From contig NW_003314279.1 in assembly GCF_000143415.4 (NCBI RefSeq), forward strand, positions 2,242,541-2,306,540: a stretch of DNA of 64,000 nucleotides, read 5' to 3'. Every line of letters starts with the position of its first letter. Position 1 is the first letter of the stretch. The translations under genes and the position numbers were made by a program. The notes under the pieces were generated by a model. It was not told the origin of the DNA and did no database searches. It saw only the letters and a list, made by a program, of their open reading frames with translations. This document shows, piece after piece, positions 51,015 through 64,000 of the stretch. This stretch comes from Selaginella moellendorffii. Its lineage: Eukaryota; Plantae; Lycopodiophyta.

Positions 51015-52096
51015 TTAAATGTCAGTCTTGGAACTGGGGCTTCATAATCATAGCTTTCTTGTAAACATAAGAGCTTCTAGAATTTTAAATTATTGTGTAT
51101 ATACATGCTCTATCATTATGATGAATCCTACTTTGCTACACATATATTGTTTTCTACACATGCCAAATGTCTAGGGAAATAAATTGCAAGGAAATATAGA
51201 CTACATTATAGTGGTAGAGCACGCTGGCACACTACCATTCTCTCATGTGAGATTGCCTTTTAGTCTTGGAAATGTAGATAAAGTTGATTCTTTGATGTGA
51301 TATTACTTTTGAGTCTTTCGAAAGATTTTGATTTCTTTTATCATTATTTACAAACAATTCCCAAAAACTTTTAATGAGGATTCACTACAAAATATACCTT
51401 GGTCTTATCATATGAGAGGATTGCGATATAGGCAAGCAATAGAGTTTTTAATATGAATTAATATATAAATTACAAATGTCATGGAAAGTTTTATGGAGTA
51501 GATTTCTTGGTGCTTTCCGCTGTGCTGTTCATTTCTTCATTTCTCTTGCTCTGGACTGTTGTTTCAGAAGTAACAGGAGCATTTTTATCAATCGTGATAG
51601 TGGTCTCCACATTCCCAAATGGGTAATAAAGACCAAGAGTGTAATATGGAGATTGTGGTAGTGAAACAAAATTAACATTCTCACATTCCTTTGCACTACA
51701 ACTCTTACTCACAGATCTTGTATTTTCCTTGCTTCCCATCTTCTCAAGAACCCTAAAAAATCTTTTGAATGAAGGAATAGTATCTACAGCTGTAAAAGTA
51801 TTCAAAATATTAAGTAGTCAAATCAAATATGACAGCTGTAACAGTTGTCATAATAAAATAATATAGTTTTATAAAAGATAGGTTCTCATGAACTTTGTCC
51901 TTTTTAAACAATTCAATCTTATAGAAACTTTTAACTTAGATATTTACGTATTTTTAATATTTTAAAGTTTGCTAGAACCTTCATTTGTTCAATTTAGATC
52001 TCCTTTGTAATATTTCTTATTGACTATGTTGACTTGAGTTGACTTGTGTTGAATTGAGCTCAACTTATGAGCTCAACTCAACTTTGGACCATCCCC

Positions 52097-52236
52097 GGCA
52101 TGAGGAACTCATTCCTGTCCGAAAGTAAGAATTGTTGGTGATGCTTCTATGACTGACATTCCATCTCCATATTGCCATAGTTGACAAGATCTTGGGCCCT
52201 AAAAATCAGTATGTAACTATTGCAAAGATGTTGCTA
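52097..52236 (+). pseudogene. HISN8: Histidinol dehydrogenase pseudogene, part right of element B
   Basis: Continues (AMA*)GTHSCPK, then an intron, then VDKILGPKNQYVTIAKML, matching the conserved HDH segment AMAxGTxSCPKVxKIFGPGNQYVTAAKM. Confidence 0.9.
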
Positions 52237-54849
52237 TAGTCATTATTGGGACACTAAAACACTCTAAAACACCAAGGAGTGGTGTTTGGAATTATGAGGG
52301 CATTAGATAAGGCCCAAGGGATTAAGTCCCTAGTAAATAATTGATAAGAGGTGCTATCTAATGTCCAAAGTTGTAGAGATGGGAGAAATCCATCCATCTG
52401 AATTGGACAAAGCTAAAAAAGGATTTTGGCATGGCTAGCAATGGGCATAAAGAGGCCTATGCATAACAATGTTAATCCTAGTGTGTGGGATTACACGGTA
52501 AACATATCCAACTTGAAGAACCACTCTCTAAGTTATTAAATAGGTTCATCCTTAAGAATACTTGTTAAGGCATGGTAAAAAGTATAAAACTATTCTCCTA
52601 GATGAGAGGAGAATAACTAAAGGGAAGGCATAAGGCATAAAAGCAAATAGTAAAGGGATAAAACCAAACGATAGGAATCAAAGGGTATAACCAAGGGTGA
52701 TTATGTAAGTTAAGAATGGAGACTTAAGTGGGTGTTCAAACATATTACTATTAGCAACTATGATGCTATAGAGAGTCTAAAGTATGGAATTATCCATGTT
52801 AGACTATATGCTAATTAGAAAGCTTGCAAAAGGAGAGGCTTTAGCAAGCTAAGGACAAAATCCCTTCAAGGTTCCTAAAGACAATTCTAAGTAGGTTAAT
52901 ATCTAGAAAGACAAGTGTAAATGATTCAAAGGAATGCACAAAATTAGAGTGGCACAACAAAAACATGGTCTTAAAACTTGCCATAAAGCAAAGTTATTAA
53001 AGTTGGGGAAGTAGTCCCTAAGTGTTCAAAGAGATGGCTTTGAATGAAAGTCAATGGTTAAAGACTTTCACACTTATGTATGAAACCATGTTACACTAAT
53101 CGAGTGACTTACTAAGTGAGATTGGCAAGTCAAGGGAACAAAGACTCTAGTTAAAGATGTTAATTTCAAAAAGAGATTGCCTATGGGGCCAAGCATGGAG
53201 GAGTCCATGCATGATTACAGGCTTGTCAAGTGAAAGGACTCGATAGTTCAAAGGAATTAAATTCCTAAGTTGTGATTTGTAGCACACTTTAAGTATAAGT
53301 TAGTGGCAGGACAATAGGAAATTGACTTGGAGAAGTCAAAATTAAAAATTCCAAAATGTGATGATTATGTTAGTAGAGGCTGAGGTTACTCCTGAATGAA
53401 TAGTCAAATTGAAATAGAGAAAGTGTCTCTAACAAGTTTAACATAAACTAAACAAAGAAATGGGGAAGGACCACCATAAGTGGCCTAATGAGTTTTTAAG
53501 TTGAAGAGACTATACTCCTTAAAGGATAGGAAAGGAATGGTGAGCCTTCGGTATCAAACTATTAACAAATATTGGCTTGGTGCTAAGGATGAAAAGGGTA
53601 ATACATGCTAGTGTTACTTTATAAAATGGTTTATTGTTTGATGAGGACATCAAACTTCATCTATGAGTGGTGGAGTTGTGGCTTAAATACATATGCGATG
53701 ATTGGGTAGGGGAGTTTAATGAAATAAAGATGAAGATGATGAATATGTGGGAAGGCCACAATATATTATTTTTATGTGGTTCCCCAGTTCACAACTAAGT
53801 GAAAATTATGCCTTTTTATACATATCAATGATAATGTGCTTATAGCTAATCGAACACTTTTGGAGGGAAGTGTGGTGCATGGCAATGGTTTTTTTGTTTC
53901 ATTTTTATGAGCACAGATTTGTGATGTATTAATTGTGATCATTATCTCTCTTTTCATTTCTCACAATTATAATTCACTTTTCATGGCTGTGGCTCATTTC
54001 TCATGGCTATAGGTTATTTTTTGCTGTTGTAGCTCATTTCTTGCAGCTTGGAAGTGTAGCACGCTCTAATATATGCACTGTGCTTAAATGAATCAATCTT
54101 GCCTCTCATTTCTCATAGTTTATTTGCAATATGATGCCCTAAATGGCAAGTGTAATTGATTGGAGTGCGGAAGTAAAACATTCGTTTGGGTGCTTGGGGT
54201 ATTAAACATGATGGTTTTTAGCGTTGTAGTGATTTGTTACACTACAAATTAATAGTATAAACCTTTTATTATTGGGTTTTTGTTTCTTGGCCTAAGTTTA
54301 GTGGTTGCTACAGTGATTATGTTGTAGTGCATTGCAATGCAATGGTTACACGTAAGTAAGTAACTAATTTATACCTATTCCTCTTCAATGTATATGTGTT
54401 TTTTAATCTAGATTCTTCTTTCCATAGCCAATGAGTTGATAGTTTTACACCTATATTAATGACAAGCACTTAGGTATATAACTATAGTATGGCATTGTTG
54501 AGTCCAAACATTCATATCACTTTGTTAGTGTGGACATACTTCCAAGCGAGTCCCCTATTAGTATATTTTGAATTTTGAAATGCATGTAAAGTTATTCAGC
54601 TCTTTTTTTTTGTAGAATATCAAGAATTAAGGCATTATTATGCTAATTGAGGATAGTTGCATGTGGGGATACTAGTATATTTATATCATTTATATACCTC
54701 CACATATTTATGCTTATATGTGTTTTTTTTTTTCTTTCCAAGAGAAAGATTCATGCTTTATTGGACTAGACACAGTTTAGTGGCAATAGTTGCTAAGACA
54801 CATATTTGAGATTAGAGTCCTTTTATCTCCCGGCATAACAAACATGCAT

Positions 54850-57800
54850 GTGTGGGTTTTCCATACAACCCTCCTCTATTGCAAGTCACAGAGTTAGCAA
54901 CACAAGTGGAGGATAATATTGTGAAGGAAAGTAAAGAAGGAGTGGTAGAAGAGCATTTCACTGTTATGGAGATTGTAGAAGAAGAAATGCTAGATTTTGA
55001 GAATGTAAAGGAAGCAACTCTACAAGTGCAAGATCACATATGACAAAGTTGATGTTGCTATGAAGGTGTGATAAGCATTTATAACATATGATCTTAATAG
55101 ATATCCTTTACTTCTTTTTAGTTATTTTTTCTTTGTAGGGTTGGTGCCACACACCTTGTAACACAATTTTACATTGCATAGCATGAGGTGGTAAATGAAC
55201 ATAAGCTAATGGTTGAAGGCAAAGTCAACAAACGTGAGATGGCAAAAGACCTTCCTTATAATGTTATGAAGGAGGAGCCTTCACACCATTTAGAGTTTAG
55301 ATGCCAAAAATGCAATAAATCATGCAACATAAACACATCACAAACATCATACAATCTTGATCCAGAGTGATTTCTTGTAATGGTTGTGATTTTTTTGCAT
55401 GGAGGGACACTCTTGATAAATGAATATCTTCTTCATGTTTTTTTTATATATACATATATATAAGACTATAATATTATATCTATATACTTTTGCCCTTCCA
55501 AGGTATTTGCAATTACATGTGTAAATGCATATATAAGCTTCTATACATATGATCTATAGTGCTTATACACAATTAATACCAATACTATATAATAAGAAGC
55601 TTTAATTTGGTAAAAATTCTCTATTATTTTGAGGCAAAACAAATTTTATGGCATTTTGCCCTTTGACTAATCTGGAATTAAAGTATGGTTTATATGATTT
55701 TAGGTTTCTTTAAATTAATTTTAAAAACATTAGCTACCATAAATTATTGCTTCCAATTTTAAAATTTTGTGGCAACATTTGGTATACAATATATTTAATT
55801 AGTTGTATTAAATTTGTAGCAATTTTATACTCTTACAACATATTCCTTGATTTAGAATTTATATATCTTCCCTTCAAATGTGCAAAGAGGAGGAAGGATG
55901 AGAATACCTCCTCTTACATAACAAGTTATTCAATATTTATTTATGGAACTCTTAAATAAAATTGCAAATAATAACAATTTACAAGTAAATTTTTGTGCAA
56001 ATATATAGATGTTTTATTGTTTTTTTACTTGGGAGGATTCATCTTTCTTAGATGGATCCATTAGTTTACCCATACAAGCTTGCCATATGGATGGATCATT
56101 GATTGAGCCCTTCAATCAATTAATGGTTAGTTGTAGTCAATCAATTGATCAATAGGCCCATTGATCAATCACGACCCATCAATTGATTAATTATATAGTA
56201 ATGGTAAATGTGGCAAGCAAAAGGAGTTATGATGGATCCATACCTAACCACAACTATTTACCATTGGCTATAGGTTATCCATTGTTACTCACAACCTATA
56301 GCCGATTATGGATTTCAGATTTTGTGCATATATGATGCTGATGTGTGCTTAAATTTCCTTTTTTTTTTAGAGTGTAATATACTTATTGAAAGTGATAGGC
56401 AGTGGTCTTATTTTTTTTTCTCTATTGTTTAGTTAAGAGTGCAACAAATAAAAAATGCATATTTTATTTGTTATTCTTTGCTAGTATGTAACATTCTTGT
56501 GTTTGCACTTTATGGAGTCATTTATGCAATAGACTATTTTTCTATGTTTACTAATGTGCAAAAATTGTATTAAATTTTAAGAATTGCTCCAAAGTGCTTG
56601 ATAAAAACAATCCCTTCATGACATAGTTCAAAATGACATATTCATGACTCCTTTCATCTATGCTTTGCTATGGCCTCCATGCATGCCATAATATAGCAAT
56701 GAGCAGGCTTAGTGCTAATAAAGACTACCAAACATACGTGTGGTGGGACATGTGCATGATCCACTAGCAAAAGTTACACTGCCCTTGTGTTTGATTGGGT
56801 TCCTAGTGTAGGCATGTAGGGGAACTATTATATTTCTTTGTTGCAAGATATAGTGGTGGAAGTGTTAGTTGATGCAAAGTTTGAAGGAAAGGTTAAGGAT
56901 GATGGTACAGATTAGCATATCATCATGATATGGTGATGGAGTGTCATCTTTGCATTATTGGGTTATGGGTGGAATGTATTCAAGATTCTATTGACATCAA
57001 TGAAGTTGGCCATACAATGTTCCGAAGAAAGCATTAGCAGTTTGTGGGGGGGGGGGGAATTAACATATGTGTAGGCAAGCTATTGCTATCTACCTATACA
57101 AACCCATGACATAGACGATAGAACTAGAAATCTTACAATACAAGTTAGAGTGGTTGGTGGGGGGGATGCTAAGCTCCCCATACCAGTTCTTCTAGTGACC
57201 CCACAACAAAACCTACACTTTAGTCATGGCTATTTACCTGTAAAGCCTTGCATAATTTCAATTTGCAATCCTCTAAGCCAAGAGGTAGTCATTCTATTTG
57301 ATGACCATTAAGACCTGGTGGTTCTAGAGGTGCACGAACCGGGTTAGTTCTAAACTTGCACCAACTAGGGCAACCATAGAATTGCCCTAATTCCTAACCC
57401 ATACTTTCAACGAAGTCCTTGTGGAGATGGATGTAGTTGCTAATGCAATATCAAATGTAAATATAGACATTGTAACCATAGAAGAGGCAGTTTCAATGGA
57501 GGATGAAGAGAGTGTGGTGGCATTGGATGAAAGGATAGGGCACAAATCAGGTATATGATAGACTTCCTTTGTCTATGTGAAAACAATAACATTGATTTTT
57601 TGCGGCTAATCAATAACACACAGATATACTTTGTAGGGTTACAACTTTGTGATGCCAAGCATGCATGTACGTAAACTTGATAGCACATGCTAGGGGCCTT
57701 AGTGGCTATTGAGATTGCACATAAATACATTATGCACGGTTATGCCACCATTACCTTCTGCTATGATTGGGGTAGATTAAAGCAACCTTTTTGGGGCTAG

Positions 57801-59100
57801 ATGCCATAGTGGGGAAATGTGTATATCTTGTGTTATAGGTTTGGACACTACCCAACACAGACATTTGAGAGGGTATCCTTTTGTCCTTGGACGCAAAAGT
57901 TGAGGAATTTATAGAGTTACCAATTTGCATAACAATTGAGTAGCAAATCTCCCACAGGAGTTTGGCAATGGACTTTGATATTTTTCACAACTATCTAGTG
58001 TGGCACAAAAGTGGGTGAAGAAGATATTTCCATCGTGATAAAAAGTGCATTCAACGCCATAGGAATTGCTCAAAGTAATAGAGCATGAATAGAAAGCTTA
58101 ATGAGCCCACTACCATAATGAGGCCATGTGGGCTTTTTAACCACTCCTGAATGCAATGCATAGCTCCAGATACCCCCAAACTCCTTAAGACTTGCCAAGT
58201 GAGCATGCAATACATAGTTTTTCAGATTTGCTAGGTGAGCATGTAATATATATTTTTTTTTTCAGATTTAGAGTGTTGCAAGTGTGTATAAATTTGTCTT
58301 AGTATACAGGCTTTGCATCTATGTTTAGAGGAACAAAATGGCTTTCCCCTCTTTACTTTGTGTATGGCTGGTTTGTTGGTAGTCAGATGGTGTTAGATGA
58401 CAATATGCAAGACTTTGGAGGGTCAACAAAACAAGCTATGAAAGCTACTTAGGGCTAAGTACGACTTGTTTTGCATTCATACTTCAACAAGTATGAGGGA
58501 GGGTGAAGTTAGCACACATATGCTCTTGGGGCCAATTTTTGGTCAGCTCATACAGCCACTCAATCATCAATCCACACACGAAAGGCATCTGCACATATAT
58601 AAAAATTTCATATAGGTGTATATGGTTGGGATCATGATGTTTCATATCCTAGTAGCAAAGATGCAATCAGATTGCTTATATAGTTGCTTTGCTCTATGTG
58701 GTTTGCAATGGTATAGATGCATTTCATTTTAGCACGCAATAGTGGGTGGTGTTTTAGGACCTTCACCTTTATATGCCATGCATATGGGAGCCACTCAACA
58801 CTATATGAAGTGTGGTGGAAGGTGCCACAGATGACTAACAAATTTTGCTTAGTAACAGAAGGCAAAACAAAGGTCTATAAGAATATACAAAGATTTTGGG
58901 GTGGTGGAGTTTGGTACTATGTACTAAGAGACTCTTGAGTTTGCCATCAAGAGTATTGTGCATTGCATTTTCTTTGTCAAGACAACAGTAATGACTAGTG
59001 CTCTGCAAATAGGCTTTCAACACTACACAATATCCACCATATAGCACTAAACATTAACTTTAAGAAGATCATGGCCAATATATTTACCTCAGCTTACAAC
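54850..59100. mobile_element. Possible very decayed DNA-transposon relic (GRF-type zinc finger on +, MULE-like traces on -)
   Basis: CQKCNKSC...TSQT...SCNGCDFFAW (~55300-55402, frameshifted). LPYAWHI resembles the MULE LCxWH motif (~58770-58795, minus). Weak evidence. Confidence 0.3.
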
Positions 59101-60858
59101 AAGTTATATTCACTTACTCAAACTTGTTGGATGTATATCTACCAAATTTATTACAAACATTTGGTGGCAAAGACAACATTATATATTTACACATATGCTT
59201 GGCAGAGATGGCAATCGAAAAGTGATTGTATGTAAAATATTTTTGCAAGCAACTCAAAACAAAAAAATTATCCACATATGTGTAAATATATAATGCTCCA
59301 ACATGAAATCATATATTTATTGCTATAGCTACAACAATATGTATATTATATCCCATCTTGAATTGTATAAGTAAAAACTTGTATGTTTAATCTTTTGTTT
59401 TTATTTAGAATGTATTAAATTTCCCTTCTCTCATACGACTTCAATTAGGGGTGAATATTCATCTAATGTTTTTTATTGTCATAATATGTGTTATAAGGAA
59501 AGAGGATACATGTAAGAATGATATTGATAAAGATATATTTGAGATTAAAAAAATGACACCAAGACAAGCATAATCAGAACTCATTCTTGAGGATAACTAG
59601 GTAAGTTTTAAATATTGACCATAGTTGACTCATTAACTAAAGTGTGAGACCTTTACATGTTAGTATTTTTATTATATTGAAATAAAAAAACCTCTGCTAA
59701 CAATCATTATTGTACAGGTATAATCCTTTCAATAATATCTTATTTTCTTTATAAAATTTAAAAATAATTTTCTGCATGTTGCATACAATAATGCTTAGTT
59801 TTTTTAATAGTAATATTATTCTTACTTATTAATCTAATTGATAAAATGGAAATTTAAAATTATAAATATATTTATAATTTGTAAAACAAGATTAATCTTA
59901 TTTCATATCAACCATTAGATGTTATAATAAACTATAATATATTATATAGTGCTTATAATTTATAAACATGTTTATAAATTATAAATAAAGATTAATCTAA
60001 ATGAATAAAACAGTTAGATGGTAAAATATTCTAGAATACCAAGTATATTTTAGGTATATTCACTACCACACCAGTGAGTAAACCATCTAAAATATACTTG
60101 TATTTTATTAAATACTCAATAAAAGATATCAAGGATTTAATTCATATTGATCACTTCAATAGCCAACTTCAATTCTTATTCACCAGCCAACTTTAACTCT
60201 TATTAATTTCTTTATCAGCTAACTAAAGACAAGCATTTCATGTTATAATTATCCCAAGATAACCTCCTTAAAATCAAGAATATAACCTTAATACATTAGT
60301 GAATATATTCTTGGCTATTAATTTTTTTATTTTTAATATATTTTGCAAAAATAAAATTAGAAGCATCATTATTTGACTTTTTCCTTTTAATGCCATAGTC
60401 AGATATAACTATATTAAATTTAAAACTAATAGCCAATTTGTGAGAGACTTAGCCATTCTTTAAAGCCTCTTGATCAATAAATATATCATCAACATTTCCT
60501 AATCATGTGTGAATTTATAGCTTCTCAATTTTTTTTCCTTCTCTTCTTCCAGATTATAATTGTACAAATTGCTTAAATTCTCTCAAACCTGCTATAAATT
60601 TAAATTCTCTCAAATCAATTGTATGCAAAAACTTTGGATTTTCTTCCTTCAATATGATTTTTTTGAGGTTTGATAATGGTTATAGACAATAATTCCACAC
60701 AATACATACATGCATACGATATCAAATTCAAGATAAATTTAAGTTTGTAATTTGAAAAGAACTCTACACGGATTTTACTATCTATTTTTTAGGTTTGATA
60801 AAAGCCAGAAATAATAAAATGGTTTAAACCTTCAATTTTATGTTTATTAATTTATCAA

Positions 60859-62797
60859 CTAATTGTACTTGTTTCTGATTTTTCTTTTTAATGAGAAATA
60901 AGGAGAATAAATCTTATTGTTTGATGCTTCCAGCATACAGACCTGATCACAGCTGTCTAGTGTAAATGGCATGGCAAGTAGAACTTCTTTAGCTCCACAC
61001 AAATGAACACTTCTGCAAAGAAGATCAACCACACATCCATATTGTTCCCTCCTTACAGTAAGTCCATGGTCAACTATCATAGACAAAAAGACTGACCCTG
61101 CATTTACTATTCCACCTTGATGACTACAACCCAACAAAACTGATGTGAACGTCACATCATCAGCAAAGAATCCCTCCAAAAGCATCACAGCCAAGAGCTG
61201 CATACTCCAATTCATGCCCAATATGGTGTTGAAGGAAATAACATCCCAAGCAGGCATGGCATGGAAAAACGCTAAGGCCTTTACCGCATGCCCAGTTCTG
61301 GCAAATGCCAAGAGCATTGCATTCCAGGACACCATGTTTCGGTCTGGCATTTGGTGAAAGATCTTAACTGATTCCATAAACTGTAGATGGTGCGTGAATG
61401 CTGTTAACCTTGCATTCCAAGAGATTAGATCGTGATAAGGCGCACTATCAAACATCAATGTCGACAGTGACAAATGGCCGGCTTCGGCATACGCGGAAAT
61501 TAGAGCATTCCAGGATACTTGATCCCTTCCCGGCATAGAATCAAAGCAAAGTTTAGCGGATTCCAAATCGCCGCGCTCGGCATAGGCAATGAGCATTGTG
61601 TTCCACGAAACAAGATCTCTCACTGGCATGGCGGCGAAAAAGGCTCTAGCCTCCACAAACTTTCCATGCTGAGCATTTGCAAGAAGCATAGCATTCCAGG
61701 CGATGATATCCCGCTGCGGCATCTGGTCGAATGCGTTTCTAGCAGCAGCGAGATCGCCATTTTGGGCGAAGGCGACAAGAAGCGCTGTCCTTGAAACGAC
61801 GTCAAAATCCGGCATGGAATTAAATACTTCTCGCGCCTTTTCCAGATCTCCACTCTGGCCATACAGGCAGATCATGTTCGTCCAGGACATGATCACGCTC
61901 CGGCATTGAATCAAAAAGTTTTCTCGATTCCTCCACCATCTCGTGCTCCAAATCCCTGGCAAAATTGTAAACGAATCCACACAGCATCCCATTGAACGAC
62001 ACAAGATCTCGCTCAGGCATCACTTCAAACATTCCTCGCGCCTCTTCCAGACATCCGTGGATGGAGAATGCCGTGAACATCGCGTTCCAGCACACCATGT
62101 CCCTGTAGGGCATAGAATCAAATATGTAACTGGCGCCAAGCAGATGCCCAGCTTGAGAATATGCCAAGAGCATAGTCGTCCACGATGATAGATTCCTTGC
62201 AGGCATTGACTTAAAAAATCTTCTAGCGTCCATGAGATTCCCGTTTCGGGTGTGGGCCGAAAGCATTGCATTCCAGCAAATTTGATCAGCGCGAGGCATC
62301 TCGCTAAATATTTTAAGCGCTTTAGCAAGATGCCCCAATTGGGCATATGCCACAAGAATAGAGGTTTTGGCCACAATGTCTTTAAACGGCATGTATTTGT
62401 ACATATCCTCGGCATCACCAAGGTAGCCACTCCGTGCGCATGACACCAACATGGCCGTCCATGATGCCGGGGACCTTTGTGGCATCTCATCAAAAACGTA
62501 CTTTGCCTTTTGAATATGCCCGTTTTGGGCATATGCCGAGAGCAAAAGATCCCACGAGAAGGAATTCTTATCTTGGATTCCCTCAAAGACCAAGCAAGCA
62601 TCGGAGATGCTGCCACATCTTCCGTACATTTGTATGAGGAGATTGGAGAGGAAGACCTGGGAGCCGGGAAAGTGTTTGAGACAAGGAAGAACTCGCGAGT
62701 GAGTGGACTTGGCCTGGGCGATTGTTGTGGAGGATTTGATGAGAAGAACGCACTTCTCTAGATCGAGGCAAGGCTCTCGTGCAGCTGCCGGATTCAT
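60859..62797 (-). pseudogene. PLS-class pentatricopeptide repeat gene with one frameshift (pseudogene or sequencing error)
   Basis: About 18 tandem PPR motifs (SWNAML.AYAQ.G.L..A...F..MP.RD) and an L2/S2/E-like end (TFTSVLLGCSHQG...EQYGCVVDLLCRS). Frame changes near 61885. ATG at 62797. Confidence 0.9.
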
Positions 62798-64000
62798 GCT
62801 TGTTGCTGCTGGAGATACATGGTCTGCTGGCTGACCGGACAATTCACCAGCGGATCACTCATGCAATAGATTCTTTTTTTTGCAGCTCCTGAATCTGGGT
62901 GGGTGCTATGCAAGCATAACACTAACATTATACAGCAAGTACATACGAAGGCATCATGTAGTCCTTGAGAATGCCCATCTTAGCATTGCTGTTGATCATC
63001 TCATTGGCCTTGCGGAGGAGAGCCTTGCAATACAGCCCATGCATTAGCGTGATGGATTATGGAGGTGGTGTTGGAAAAGTCCTAGAAAAACTCCCAAAGC
63101 TTCTTTTTCAAAGATGGTAACCTCAAGAAAACAACAAAGACTTATCTCCATCATCGGGCGAAAGAGCTCCAAGATAATTAAGTTATGTTAGCAACTCAAT
63201 TTCCTTTACCTGCACTGAATAATAAAACACCTGTGTAAAATTCTAAGCTTAAATTACAACCTTATTTTAAACAAAATATTTTAAATTTAGATAAAATAAA
63301 ATTTAAAATTATTTACTTATTGGTCCTTTTCAGTCTAAATAAACATAATTTAAAAAATAAAAATATCTTTTATTTTATTTAATATTTAAGATATTAAGGT
63401 TTAGATTTTATTAGATTCATCTAAGCAAAAAAACGCAATTAGAGGTGCAAACTTTTGACATTACAATCAATCAACTATTGTTTGGAGAGGCATAGCATAC
63501 CCTGAGAGGGATGATGAATCAAAAAAGAACTAACCACTATATAGTTGTGAAGGTACATAGAGGGAAATGTCAACTTTTATTAGTCCTATATTAAAACAAA
63601 GTAAATCTACTACCATATAGAGTCGAATTCTTAAAATCTAATTATTATTTCAAATTGTTTTATAAAATTTGATAGAAAAATATTTAGATTCTGTAATTAA
63701 TTTTATTAATAAAAACTTAGAGTATTCTTAAATATACTTGCACATTATAGTCTAAATTTTAATCTAATAGTAATCTTATATTTTAAAGTTATACAATTAT
63801 ATTGGATTGTTATTAGCTAATAATTTTGACATAGAATCCTTAATATAATGAATCAATGACATATACATCTTAAAACATTTTTACCTCTTTGGGCTCTTCT
63901 TTATTATCAAGGTTACAATCTGAAGAGTAGCATTTGTTGTCAAACTTATAACATTTTATGATCAAAATAAATAATTTTCAATTACACTACTTACATGAGA

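Larger units (their letters stand above)
38579..52096. mobile_element. Element B: 13.5 kb Mutator-like (MULE/SWIM) DNA transposon with cargo genes
   Basis: TSD GGCATGAG at 38571-38578 and 52097-52104 (8 bp by ungapped TIR alignment; 7-9 possible). Imperfect TIRs containing GAGTTGAGCTCA repeats at 38579-38639 and 52052-52096. Removing the element rejoins the HDH exon. Confidence 0.92.

Noticed and set aside
56040-56190. Cluster of short TCAATC/GATTGA inverted repeats
   Set aside because: Low complexity with no clear boundaries or associated gene.

Overview
Eukaryotic, repeat-dense land-plant DNA. The very short GT-AG introns, the PLS-class PPR gene and the F-box relic suggest a Selaginella-like genome (inference). 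Almost the whole window is nested transposable elements that show heavy CpG/CHG deamination. It contains: (1) a decayed Ty3/Gypsy chromovirus (1829-10326) with a LINE fragment inserted in its integrase and two apparent spliceosomal introns in that integrase; (2) a large DNA transposon, element A (~10327-21430), with a DUF7869/Sola1-like transposase; (3) solo LTRs, a TRIM and a 5S-carrying Cassandra-type TRIM; (4) a 13.5 kb Mutator-like element, element B (38579-52096), with TIRs and an 8-bp TSD, inserted in a histidinol dehydrogenase pseudogene; (5) F-box and PPR pseudogenes. The main finding is that elements A and B have unrelated transposases but the same layout. Each has a minus-strand transposase, a divergent multi-exon cargo gene fusing a ParB/Srx-like domain to a beta-class amino-DNA-methyltransferase-like domain, telobox repeats between the two genes, and its own multi-copy palindrome. 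In element A the cargo gene also ends in an FCP1-like phosphatase domain, and the palindrome lies inside the cargo gene's introns. This resembles a transposon-borne ParB/parS-like self-recognition and epigenetic-control system. Its function is a hypothesis, and all domain calls come from manual motif recognition, not database searches.
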